A stretch of DNA of 63,489 nt, counting the filler, from Lenisia limosa (taxonomy: Eukaryota; Protista; Breviatea): NCBI GenBank assembly GCA_001655205.1. It is 16 parts of 16 records of this genome, joined end to end, with 100 filler letters (N's around TTAATTAATTAA, not from the genome) between each part and the next. Parts side by side here need not be neighbours in the genome. Positions count along the whole stretch, not along the records: positions 22,443 to 26,906 come from LPNZ01005129.1; positions 27,007 to 30,001 come from LPNZ01011444.1; positions 30,102 to 31,826 come from LPNZ01011514.1; positions 31,927 to 34,282 come from LPNZ01004373.1; 12 more parts are not named here. One strand, written 5' to 3'. Each line of letters starts with the position of its first letter. Position 1 is the stretch's first letter. Positions 22,651-33,680 of the stretch are shown one piece after another. Under the pieces are notes generated by a model. That model was not told where the DNA came from and searched no databases. It saw only the letters and a program-made list of their open reading frames with translations. The position numbers and the translations under genes are program-made.

Positions 22651-25600
22651 AGCAGCTGCTTTGACAACAAAAAGGCCAGCAGTGACATGGTCCATCCGCT
22701 CGTAGTCAACCAGGGTGTGAAGCGCCTGGAGGAGTGGTAAATAGAAATTATGAATTGAAAATGAATATTCAATTGGAATGCTAAATCATATTGAACGTTA
22801 AAAAAGAAATGTTCAACAAAATTAAAACTGTCAACTCTCAAACGTGTATTGTTATTATCTCTTATTATGTTTCTAATAACATTTAGATGGAGGGCCAATC
22901 TTTTTGGAATTACACGCTGAGGTCTACAATCCAAAACTGTGCTGTGTCTGACTACACGTTGAGGTCTACAATCCAAAACTGTGCTGTGTTTGGTGGGTGA
23001 TTAACGGGGAGTCAATGATGTGGTTTCTGTGCAATAGGGAAATTACATATCCATTTAATATCCCTGTAGGAAACTGTTCTTGTTTCCTACAGTGTATTTA
23101 CACCCTTGGCCGCTCTGCCTTAAAAAGCAAAGCAAAAAAGGCCAGGTTCAGGTCTCCGCCTTCTGTAGTTCAGTTCGGGAGTTTGCTACAAATGTATGAC
23201 ACCACTAAACATGATAGATAATCTCTCATGCTTCTGGCTGGATCAATATTTTATCGCACATCAACAGGTTCGTGTTACTGCAGAGTGGAAGATGTTCACC
23301 GGATTCAACGCAACACTCGTACTACATTGCCGCCGCCCCCACCTGTCTTAAAATGGAATAACAAAAACCCAAACACTTCACCCCACTCCCAGATAATCCC
23401 ATAAATCCCCTCTGCGACATTAATTGTTCACCTCTTTACAAGCATCCGGAATAAACTCTTCTAACTGTCCTCTCACCTCCAATTCAGTCAAAATGCCTTC
23501 AGCCTCCTCCAGTGTGATATCAGGGTTGCGAAGACCGCCCTAAATCCGTAAATCTAGCTAAATTTCTTCAAAGTCTAAATCTGTAAAGCCAGTCCAAGTC
23601 TGTATAATAAAGTCTAATTCGTAAAATAAAATAAAAATTCATAAACAAAAATCATAATAACAATCTGATTTCTAAATCTCTCGTGTCTAGGTGTATCGAA
23701 CCCACATAACAATTAGCGACACACACAAACATGATACCCCACATTTACACATTAAATTTAAACACACACCCATTATCCCTCCCTCTGAACACATTAATCC
23801 CCTACCCTCAAAACAGAAAATCAAAACAGAAAATCAAAACAGAAAATCAAAACAGAAAATCAAAACAGAAAATCAAACCCCCCCTCCGCCCCCCAAAAAA
23901 AAAAATAACGAAAGAAAGATGCCCCCTCCACCATGAAGCTATCAACCGTGGAGCATAGGAGGGTCTTAAACGGGTCGAAAAGAACCCTGACAGTTTCAGC
24001 CTAAATCGTCATTTGGGTGCAGAATGTGAATAATTGGGTATAATGTTATCATTCGTGTTTCGTAATGCATTTATATGCAGAGATGAGAGCCATACACGCT
24101 TCGCCAAATGTATGGTCCCAAATTTGAATCGTTTCCTTCATCTTTAATTCAATATACCAATATATATACATTATTGGTAATATGTGTATATGTGTGTGTT
24201 TGAGGGCTTCACGTAGGTTCGAAAAAGTCCGGTAAAATATCAATATTTTTCGAAGATTTATCGAGACAATCAATACTTATCGAGGATTCATCGAGATATT
24301 CAAGTCTTTTTTCGGACCGACTTAAAGGCTTATATATTATACAATAAATTATTCTGACATAATTCCAACCTGTTCAATGGAGTTGGCCATGATTGCGGAG
24401 ATTTCATTGAGAGCAGCGTCTCTGTCGGCTGGTAGCAGGGGCTGGGGAGGTGGTTAGAAAACTGAGCACACACACAAACATACAGTTACCGGGATAAGTC
24501 TTGACCGATTTTCCTTGGAAAAGCACAAAGAAAATCGGTCAGAACTTACAATATGTACAATTAACATGAACAAAAACACAAAACACACACACACCTCGAT
24601 TCTAAAGTTCAGGTCAGGGGTGACCACTGACTGGGTCACATCCAAGCCGCGACAGTCGGATGCCGACGTCAGCATCTCAGTGACTGCGCCGATAACTCCC
24701 TGGAAATGTGAGGGAGAGGGAGAGGGAGAGGGAGAGAGAGAGAGAGAGAGAGAAATAGGAAAATTTATGAAACAAAACAACTTGAAATCAACTCTGTTGG
24801 CTGACAACACACGAGAGTGGATAACAAAAAAACAAACAAAGCCCAGNNNNNNNNNNNNNNNNNNNNNNNNNNNNNNNNNNNNNNNNNNNNNNNNNNNNNN
24901 NNNNNNNNNNNNNNNNNNNNNNNNNNNAATGACAAGATAATACCTCCATACCGGAGTAAACAAGTTGAGAGGCGGATCATATAATAGGGATCTTACCGGA
25001 TCTTTTGTCGGATCCTATGCGGATCCTCACCTATTTTTTTGGTAGTCAGATCCGGATCCAGATCCGGGTACCCGGAAATATAGCCCCTCCCCCCCATACC
25101 GGAGTAAACAAGTTAAGAGGCGGATCATAGAGAACGTCGTCTTTGGAGTGCAACAAGTCTATGCGGAAAACGGGCTGGCCTGGTTTGCCCCTAGGAGAAT
25201 GAAAAAAATAAAAATAAAAAGAATAAAAAAGAAAAAAAAGGGGGGAAAAGGAGATAATTGAAAAGTAGTCAAAAAGGGGGCGAATCATTGGAGAGCAATG
25301 GATCTATGTGGAAAACAGGAGAATTTAGAAATAACATACTTCTATATAAAATATGTATATTTTCTTTCCTCTATATATTCAGTATAGCAAAAGAGCCTAA
25401 AAATTTTAAACCCATACTACAACCTTGATTCTATTTAATGTCGTTATTAAGACTTCACTTTGGTTCGAAAAAAGACTGAATTCTTGATAAATCCCGAAAA
25501 ATTATTGATATTTTCTGGAGTTTTTTTCGAACCGAAGTGAAGCCCTAGTCGTTATTATTATTATTGCTTTCAATAAAAAACCATCCATCCACATACAGTT

Positions 25601-26906
25601 CCAAAACCCCTCTACCCAAGATTCTATGTTCAGAAAGTAAAATGTTACCAGAAGATTACTCAAAAAAAGAGCCTGAAATAACAATAAAACTAATATACCC
25701 TGGATTACATGAAAAGATTACAAATACAAAACCCTCCATCCACGCACAATTCCGGCTCGACCCGAGCCTTGAGTGACGAAATGAACTTCCGAACGGATTC
25801 TGTCACTGCAGTCCGGGCTGAATCCCGCATCATAATGTTTACGGTGGAGATCAGTTTTCGGATTGGTGTCGGCGGCGCGGAGAGGCGTTTTTCTTCGGCT
25901 GCGAGGAGAGCATCGACATCGACTTCCCCTGGTGCTATGGGGTGATGATGGTGAAGATGTTGTTGTTTTTGTTGTTGTTGATGATGATGGTGATGATGAT
26001 AATAATAATAATGAAGATGACGATAGTGATGGTGATGATGATGATAATGATGATGGTGATAATGATAATAACGATGATAATGATGGTTTGTGGTGTAACC
26101 AACTCCCATCATCTCCATCAACATCATCATCACTCTATCACCCCCCCCCCCNNNNNNNNNNNNNNNNNNNNNNNNNNNNNNNNNNNNNNNNNNNNNNNNN
26201 NNNNNNNNNNNNNNNNNNNNNNNNNNNNNNNNNNNNNCTGCCGAGTGGAATGGTTCCTTAAGCCGTGAGAGAGAAGACTGTTAGAGAGAAAACTGTGAGA
26301 AAGAAGATGATGGTATCTCTACCGCCTTTTTTACACACACACAACCATTCAGATTATTCGATATAGTATGCCCCGAACCCCCTCTACCGATCAAAGCTTT
26401 CAGACCGTTACTACCCAACCCGCCTACCGTTCAAGGTTATTAGTAGCAGACGTGGCCGGTCTGGACCAGGCCGTCATAGAGGACATTGTGCTGTAGTTGC
26501 GGGGGAGGGCTGACAGAGGGGGACTGTGCGGCTCTACGGGGGGTAAAAACGGAAAATGAATGAAACAAAACCACTAAAGCGGAATAAAAAGATGCTAAAG
26601 CGGTGAATATGACGCGCAATACAGAACAGCTGAACCCTTTAATTTTACATATCAGAATCATCATAAAACCCCTCTCGCACCATCATCAATTGGAGAAGGC
26701 GACCTGTCGAATCCCGGACTGGTCTTATCCGCTCGCAGGATCACGGCGGTTTCCACCATGGACTCCTCCCACAAGGCCGGCTCGGGCTCTGGTTGAGACT
26801 GGAGCGCCGACGTGATAAGTTGCGCCAGGCGTGAGAATATGGCGTGAGATTGGTCTGCGACCAGCCCAAGGTTGTGGCTGTGCTCGAGAGCCTCAAAAAC
26901 GTCTAA
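22651..26906 (-). CDS. Axonemal (inner-arm-like) dynein heavy chain, tail-region exons
   Basis: PVFRIDLLHSKDDVLYDPPLNLFTP|GVIGAVTEMLTSAS..|ADRDAALNEISAIMANSIEQ|AETVRVLFDPFKTLLCSTVDSFM|GGLRNPDITLEEAEGILTELE|ALHTLVDYERMDHVTAGLFVV. Resembles, from memory, the DNAH1-type tail segment PLFIMDLVLD..VHYSTPLEQF..IIIGPFYI. Confidence 0.62.
23811..23876. repeat. 13-bp minisatellite (CAAAACAGAAAAT) x5
   Basis: Directly visible tandem array in a dynein intron. Confidence 0.9.
25940..26090. repeat. Intronic (GAT/AAT/GTT)n trinucleotide low-complexity tract
   Basis: Imperfect trinucleotide runs upstream of the acceptor near 25935. Confidence 0.85.
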
Positions 26907-28178
26907 NNNNNNNNNNNNNNNNNNNNNNNNNNNNNNNNNNNNNNNNNNNNTTAATTAATTAANNNNNNNNNNNNNNNNNNNNNNNNNNNNNNNNNNNNNN
27001 NNNNNNTATAGAGCATCATGCGTGGGGGGTATATGGAGCATCATGCGTGGGGGGTATATAGAGCATCACTTCGATTTGAAAGACTGGTCAATAAATCTTC
27101 GAACACTTCGATATTTTCCGGGTTTTTTTGAACCGAAGTGAAGCCCTAGGTATATTATAATATGTAATATATCCAGGTGTTGTGAGTGTGGAATATGGGG
27201 TAATATGGGCAGANNNNNNNNNNNNNNNNNNNNNNNNNNNNNNNNNNNNNNNNNNNNNNNNNNNNNNNNNNNNNNNNNNNNNNNNNNNNNNNNNNNNNNN
27301 NNNNNNNNNNNNNNNNNNNNNNNNNNNNNNNNNNNNNNNNNNNNNNNNNNNNNNNNNNNNNNNNNNNNNNNNNNNNNNNNNNNNNNNNNNNNNNNNNNNN
27401 NNNNNNNNNNNNNNTTTCATATTTTCCAATTTTACTCCCCCTCTTAATTCCCCCCATCCCAATTAAAGACTGGTCTGGGTTTTGTTTTGTTGTTTTTAGT
27501 CCTTGTGTGTTTTCCAAATGCTTTGCCAATAGAGTTGATTTTGTGCTCTTTTTTTTTGCTTCATAAATTTTCCCATTTTACGTACGCTGGAGTGATGGGA
27601 TGCGGNNNNNNNNNNNNNNNNNNNNNNNNNNNNNNNNNNNNNNNNNNNNNNNNNNNNNNNNNNNNNNNNNNNNNNNNNNNNNNNNNNNNNNNNNNNNNNN
27701 NNNNNNNNNNNNNNNNNNNNNNNNNNNNNNNNNNNNNNNNNNNNNNNNNNNNNNNNNNNNNNNNNNNNNNNNNNNNNNNNNNNNNNNNNNNNNNNNNNNN
27801 NNNNNNNNNNNNNNNNNNNNNNNNNNNNNNNNNNNNNNNNNNNNNNNNNNNNNNNNNNNNNNNNNNNNNNNNNNNNNNNNGGGGGCTGCGACGCTCTATA
27901 AAGGTTGGGTGAATTAATATTACTATATTGTAATCCAATTAATCTGGGTGGTGGAAGGGTTTCACTCCGGTCCGAATAAGACCGGTAAAATATCGATATT
28001 TATCGAAGATTTATCGATAAGATTCAGTTTTACCTGCTCCTCCCCCCCTGTCAGGATTTTTTTTATTATTATTATTATTTTGTTTATTATTATTATTTTT
28101 TTAATATTATTATTTTTTTATTATTTTGCGTAATCCGTGTTACCTCCCTTATTTTTCGTAATCCATGTTACCTCCCAG

Positions 28179-28222
28179 GACTAGTTCCTTCACTTTGGGG
28201 GGTTTCACACGGAGCAGTCCAG
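28179..28222 (+). CDS. Isolated exon resembling mitochondrial folate/FAD carrier (SLC25A32/FLX1 family)
   Basis: cccAG|(G)LVPSLWGVSHGAVQ|GTAGGA matches the family motif G.VP.L.G.SHGA.Q. Neighbouring exons not found. Confidence 0.45.
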
Positions 28223-28252
28223 GTAGGAGGGGGGTGTGTCTTGACTTACTGG

Positions 28253-28348
28253 TGGCTTTACTTCGGTTCGGAAAAAGACTGAATTTCTTGATCAATCCTC
28301 GAAAACTATTCATATTTTACCGGTCTTTTTCGAACCGAAGTGAAGCCC
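28253..28348. mobile_element. MITE family A copy
   Basis: TIRs and core as in other copies. Further A/A' copies or halves start at about 13739, 20652, 21780, 24204, 25450, 27061, 27957, 30811, 39690, 41276, 42487, 46064, 46381, 47235, 47339, 48254, 49140, 49708, 51799, 53981 and 62729. Confidence 0.85.
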
Positions 28349-29079
28349 TAAGTATAAGGGGCTGGGAGGGGGGGGGTAACCTCTTATCGTTTTATATCTT
28401 TTGTTTCGTTACCTACTGAATGTTTTTTTTTTAATAAATAACAAAGCTCGCAGGTCGGGATAACACCGTAGAAGGGCTGTTGGCACCTTTCAAAAATAGA
28501 CAAATCCAATCAGACATTTTGATTATTTGTCTCAAAAATTCTGAAGACTATACTTGCGCCCAGCCAAAAATACGGAAGTTAAGCCAAGCGCAGAAATGCA
28601 GGATCTATGACCATTGTTTCAATAGATTTACTGCAAAGCAAAAAACAAAAAAAAAGTTAATAGGCAACCAATTCTTGAACGATCTTCGTCTTATCGCAAT
28701 AGCACCAACATACACGATCGTGCATTTCATACTAACTAACTTTCTGCAGTAAAACGTCCAACATATCAAGACCATTTGGTAGATCAATGGGAACGATTTT
28801 TGGAAGCCACAAGTTTTTTTTTGTGTGTGTTTTACAATTACTGTTCAAAATTATAATTATCATGACAAGATAACTCCAAACATACGTAAAAAAAACATAT
28901 CAAAAAGTCCCTCAAATCAGCTGCTTTGAAAGCAACATAGCCCAGATACTGAGGCAACCAACTCTTGAACGATCTTTCTTATCACAATAGCACCAACATG
29001 TATACATGATCGTGCATTTCATACCAACAAACTTTCTGAGGGTTTTTTGGTCCACCATTCTTGTCAGAAAGAAAAGTCC

Positions 29080-29624
29080 ACCAGATCTGTGTTGCGTCAT
29101 CAGGATCATCAGGATGATCTTTATGGAGGTCTCAAGCTCTTCTAACATGAGATTTTGAAATGTTATCACCGGCCAATGCTTTCCACATCATCCACATCAA
29201 AGGTTTCAATAACAGCAACTTCTATAAAGAGAAAACTGCCTCAGTGTTTATCACCTGTTCATCTTCTTTCTCAGTATAAGTTCGAATCTAAAGAAATAAG
29301 TTTGTGTTTTGGTGTGTTACAGTCCTCTCCCCCTCCATGAAAAAAAACAAATACAAGGATTAGACGCTAATGTATATATATAATATATTCTTCACTGTCA
29401 CCCCCCCCCCCNNNNNNNNNNNNNNNNNNNNNNNNNNNNNNNNNNNNNNNNNNNNNNNNNNNNNNNNNNNNNNNNNNNNNNNNNNNNNNNNNNNNNNNNN
29501 NNNNNNNNNNNNNNNNNNNNNNNNTTTTCCAGGGTTTATTTGTTAAGCCCCACACCCACAACAACCCACGCTATTGTATTTGGGCTTACCACGAGCACCA
29601 ACTTCCCTTTACCCGCAGAAGCGA
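29080..29624 (-). CDS. Possible small exons of a hypothetical protein
   Basis: Short AG..GT blocks (ASAGKGKLVLV; IRTYTEKEDEQ; LMLEELETSIKIILMILMTQHRS). The phases do not all reconcile. Confidence 0.25.
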
Positions 29625-29829
29625 CTGGCGTGGACTTTGTTTGTTTTGTTGTTATCAATCTCAGTGTGTTATCAGCCAACAGAGTCGATTTTGGGCTTTT
29701 TTGCATACATTTCCCAATTTTGGCTGGCTTGGGCTTGTTTTTGTTTTTGTCATCTGGCTTTTGTCTAGTTTTAGCGTTCGTTGCTCATTTTTATTATTGC
29801 TTGTTTTTTTTGTTTTTTTTTGTTTGTTT

Positions 29830-29903
29830 CAGATTATTCGGTTCGTGATTAGTACCTTTACGCCAATATTCTTCATCCAAATTTCCTTCGTTTTACGTCC
29901 TGA
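29830..29903 (+). repeat. Repeat family E (CAGATTATTCGGTTCGTGATTAGTACCTTTACGCCAATATTCTTCATC..TTCCTTCGTTTTAC)
   Basis: Near-identical copy at 60391-60468; 3' parts on the minus strand at ~21920-21957, 31788-31826 and 40424-40475. Confidence 0.8.
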
Positions 29904-30309
29904 GTGTTAGTTTTGATGCCGCTTATGCCACATCAGTGGATTCTGTTCACCTTGCTACATTTTTCACACTTATTAACAATGCGGTGCTGCAGAAGTGACT
30001 GNNNNNNNNNNNNNNNNNNNNNNNNNNNNNNNNNNNNNNNNNNNNTTAATTAATTAANNNNNNNNNNNNNNNNNNNNNNNNNNNNNNNNNNNNNNNNNNN
30101 NGGAAAAGTCATGACCGATTTGCCCTAAAATTTCCCAATGAATATAGGTACAAACTTATCCTTGAGGTGTAAATACATGTATGAACCCACTCTATGATTT
30201 CCCAGGAAAATAGGTCAAGACTTATCCCAGTCACTGTTCAACTCGTAGTTCACTTCGGTTCGGTTCGGTAAATTGACTAAATTAGACAAAGTCGGTTCTG
30301 AAACACTAC

Positions 30310-31787
30310 CTTCAACAACCCAAACCTGATCGTCAGCAGAGAGACTCGTGTCATTCGCTTTGGTAGTGAACATGCTAGTAACTCTTGGGAAGGCCTCAGA
30401 TAACCCGTGAGTCCAAGTCAGGTTGCTAAAAAAAAGGAAGTGAAAATGTAAAAGTTATGAATAAAAAAAGCCCAAAATCAACTCTGTTGGCTGACAGCAC
30501 ACGAGGGTTGAGAGCAACAAAACAAACAAAGCCCAAGCCAGTCGCTTCTGCAGCACCGCATCCCATCACTCCAACGTACGAAAACATGGACAGTTTTTGA
30601 AATAATAATAAAAATAAAAGCCCAAAATCAAGAAAAGAAAAATTAATAGGAGGGTAGTAGGGGCTTCAAAATTTGTGATCACGACCCCCTCCCCCCAGAA
30701 AAAAGAGTCTAAAACAACACAACAGCATCAAAAAGTACTAGTATTATTCTTGTTCCTCAAAAACAAAACACAAAACACACACACACAAAAAAAAAAAAAN
30801 NNNNNNNNNAGGGATTCACTTCGGTTCGCAAAAAGACTGAATTTCTCGATAAATCCTCGAAAGCTATCGATATTTACTAGTCCTTTTCGAACCGAAGTTA
30901 AGCCTACTTCCCACTTACCCAATGTCCCATTCAAGCTCAGAAACGTCAGAAGCGTCCTCGAAGTGAAGGTGGTCAAAGGCATTGACCGTAAGGTACTGGC
31001 TAATCTCCATGAAAGTTCCTGCGAAATAAAAAGTTTGGTTGTAAGCAAGACGTACAAATCAATTAATATTCNNNNNNNNNNGACTTCGACCGAAAAGTAC
31101 AGGGTGTTCATGGGTTTGGTGAGACGTCGGGCTGCTCGTTGTAGGGTAACTGGGCGGTTAATAGTTATAAAATTGAAAAAAAAGGAAAATCTATCAAACA
31201 AACAATATTTGGGGTGAAATTCATCTTATATCACATTCTGATGGGTGAAAATCGAATATCGGACTGAATCAGGACTGCGAGTAGTTTGAAAGGCATACGG
31301 TTGTGGGTAAATGGGGGAGGAGATGATTGTTCCATATGGGGTTAATAGAAATAATATACATTGGACATCTTGGGAAACAAATAAATAAAATGAGGGGGGG
31401 GGGGTTGAATAGANNNNNNNNNNNNNNNNNNNNNNNNNNNNNNNNNNNNNNNNNNNNNNNNNNNNNNNNNNNNNNNNNNNNNNNNNNNNNNNNNNNNNNN
31501 NNNNNNNNNNNNNNNNNNNNNNNNNNNNNNNNNNNNNNNNGGAATCTTCGGGCCGTCTTTACTTCTCAATAACACCCACTCATTTTGTGAGTTCGGCTTT
31601 TTTTGTTTCATACATTTTCCAATTTTATATCAAACTTGATTTGGGCTTTTTTGTTTCATAGATTTTCAAATTTTACTCCCCCCTCAAACTGGTCAAAAAG
31701 CGATCGGGGTTGAAGAGGGACGGCAGATGAATAACGGGAATGGTGGTGCTACTAGCTGTCCATTTGGCGATGAAGGCGACCCGTGTT
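30310..31787 (-). CDS. Dynein heavy chain C-terminal domain exons (axonemal type, divergent)
   Basis: TRVAFIAKWTASSTTIPVIHLPSLFNPDRFLT|ITLQRAARRLTKPMNTLYFSVEV matches the conserved R..F...W...P......F.P..FLT..LQ..AR......L.F...V block. Later exons contain LEWD and LSEAFPR. Confidence 0.8.
30440..30588 (-). repeat. Repeat C, complete copy just upstream of a dynein acceptor
   Basis: Plus strand reads AAATCAACTCTGTTGGCTGACAGCACACGAGGGTTG..GCAGCACCGCATCCCATCACTCCAACGTACG. Confidence 0.88.
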
Positions 31788-33680
31788 CTGGGGGGGGGGT
31801 AAAACGAAGGAAGTTTCGATGAAGTANNNNNNNNNNNNNNNNNNNNNNNNNNNNNNNNNNNNNNNNNNNNTTAATTAATTAANNNNNNNNNNNNNNNNNN
31901 NNNNNNNNNNNNNNNNNNNNNNNNNNCTTACATTGCTTCCAATGGATATTTCACACTTACCACACGAATTATGATTGTGTGGAATAAGCAAATCTCAGCG
32001 AGGTAATAACACCCAAATAGCATGTAACCGAACCCACTTTAGAGAGGCAGTCATTGCCGATTTTAGGAAAGCAGTTGAGAAGCGTTGCACTGAAAGGCGG
32101 CGGCCCCCTCACAGTCCGAATGCCAAGAATGACAGACCGCGGCAAACAGAAAACCAAATTCGTTCCGTCATCTGTGTTATTTTTTAGATTGGAATGGCAT
32201 AAAATATGGCATGAAAATCATATGATTTTGTGCTTTATTGCAATAACCCTCAGCACGCCTACCAATAATTACCCAGGGAACAGTTGAGTCGAACTCTGAA
32301 ACTGCCACCACACATCCTGTCATTCTGCAAGGATGACTTGATTCTCTGTATTCACTTCACGAACTGGCTTCATGGAAGAAGGAAAATGGATAGAGAATAC
32401 ATAGGCATGTTGCTTAACACATGAAGTTGATATGCAAGACATTTATCCCTCAAGAGCCTACCGCACGAACACGGGTGTGGGGCCATCCTTAAGGTGAGAT
32501 GCCAAGACAACATGGTGGCGACAGGCCTAGGTGGTCAGGTTCTTTATTCCCAAGCCTCCTCACTCTATGCTTGATCAATCCACACTTATTAGTTCTACTA
32601 ATCCCCTCATAAACTGACACGAAGCTGACAATTCACCCAAAATTAAGCCTTGGAAGACCTTGTGTGGACAAGTTAAATACGATTTCGTATTATGGGGTGA
32701 CAATCGTTTGATTAACTTTGTGCAAATCAGACCTAACAACCACAACAATATTCATTCCCTGATAGAAGAATTCAAATATGTTATGAAGAAGAAGAAAGCA
32801 TCGTTTGATAGGTAACCAGAAAAGAAGAGCGCCCAAAGGTATCACTATCATTAGCTCAATAATAAAAACAAAAGAAGCAAACGGCTCGACAGCCAAAGGT
32901 AAACCAAAATGTGGTGGCTTACTTGAACAAGAAAAGAGTAATAGAATTAAAAAGACGTTAAGGCATCAAATCAAATTAATCCTCGCCTACACTTAGAGTG
33001 TCAGCTTGTTCAGGCATCATACACTGAGGAGACAAGGTCTCAAAATGGTGGGTTCACCTAGGAGTGTCGCGTCAGCTTCATCATCTTACTCTTTCTACTG
33101 GGCTACGGGAGGGGGGGGGGGGGNNNNNNNNNNNNNNNNNNNNNNNNNNNNNNNNNNNNNNNNNNNNNNNNNNNNNNNNNNNNNNNNNNNNNNNNNNNNN
33201 NNNNNNNNNNNNNNNNNNNNNNNNNNNNNNNNNNNNNNNNNNNNNNNNNNNNNNNNNNCCCTCGGCTTCTCATGCCTTCCCGAATGCCGAGTCTACACCC
33301 CAGGTAACCTTTTATTTACTGAGTTCTAGAGAGGAGGTCAACCCGGAAAAAATAAATACTGGGGTGTACAGGGAACTCATGCCCTCATGCCCATGCCTCC
33401 ACCCCTCCCCCCCACCTCTTGCGGCTCCCTGCAAATGATAATAAAAATATAATGTATCCAATTGGTCCCAAATTGAAGAATAACAACAAACACTTAAACA
33501 GAATAAATAAACTCAATTATCAGCAGCGAAGAATGTCGTGTTGCCGTTGTCATAGACATTCCCTTCTTGGCTACTTGGCACACTATATAGTCAGCAGCAA
33601 TTTGCTTTTCACCAAAAATAAGTAGTACTAAAAAAGTTGTATCTGAGAATAGTAACGAATACAATATGCCGTGTTGGCCC

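Noticed and set aside
22285-22660. Apparent dynein-alpha-actinin fusion gene on the minus strand
   Set aside because: The two parts are separated by an artificial spacer; the missing actinin 5' half is more simply on another contig.
25705-26268. Poly-His, poly-Asp and poly-Met ORFs
   Set aside because: Translations of an intronic trinucleotide tract in different frames.
31788-31810. GGGGGTAAAA as an interstitial telomeric repeat
   Set aside because: Never tandemly iterated and always attached to repeat C or E.
31975-33438. Possible plus-strand gene from short ORFs and AG..GT blocks
   Set aside because: No consistent phase or recognisable motif could be assembled by eye.
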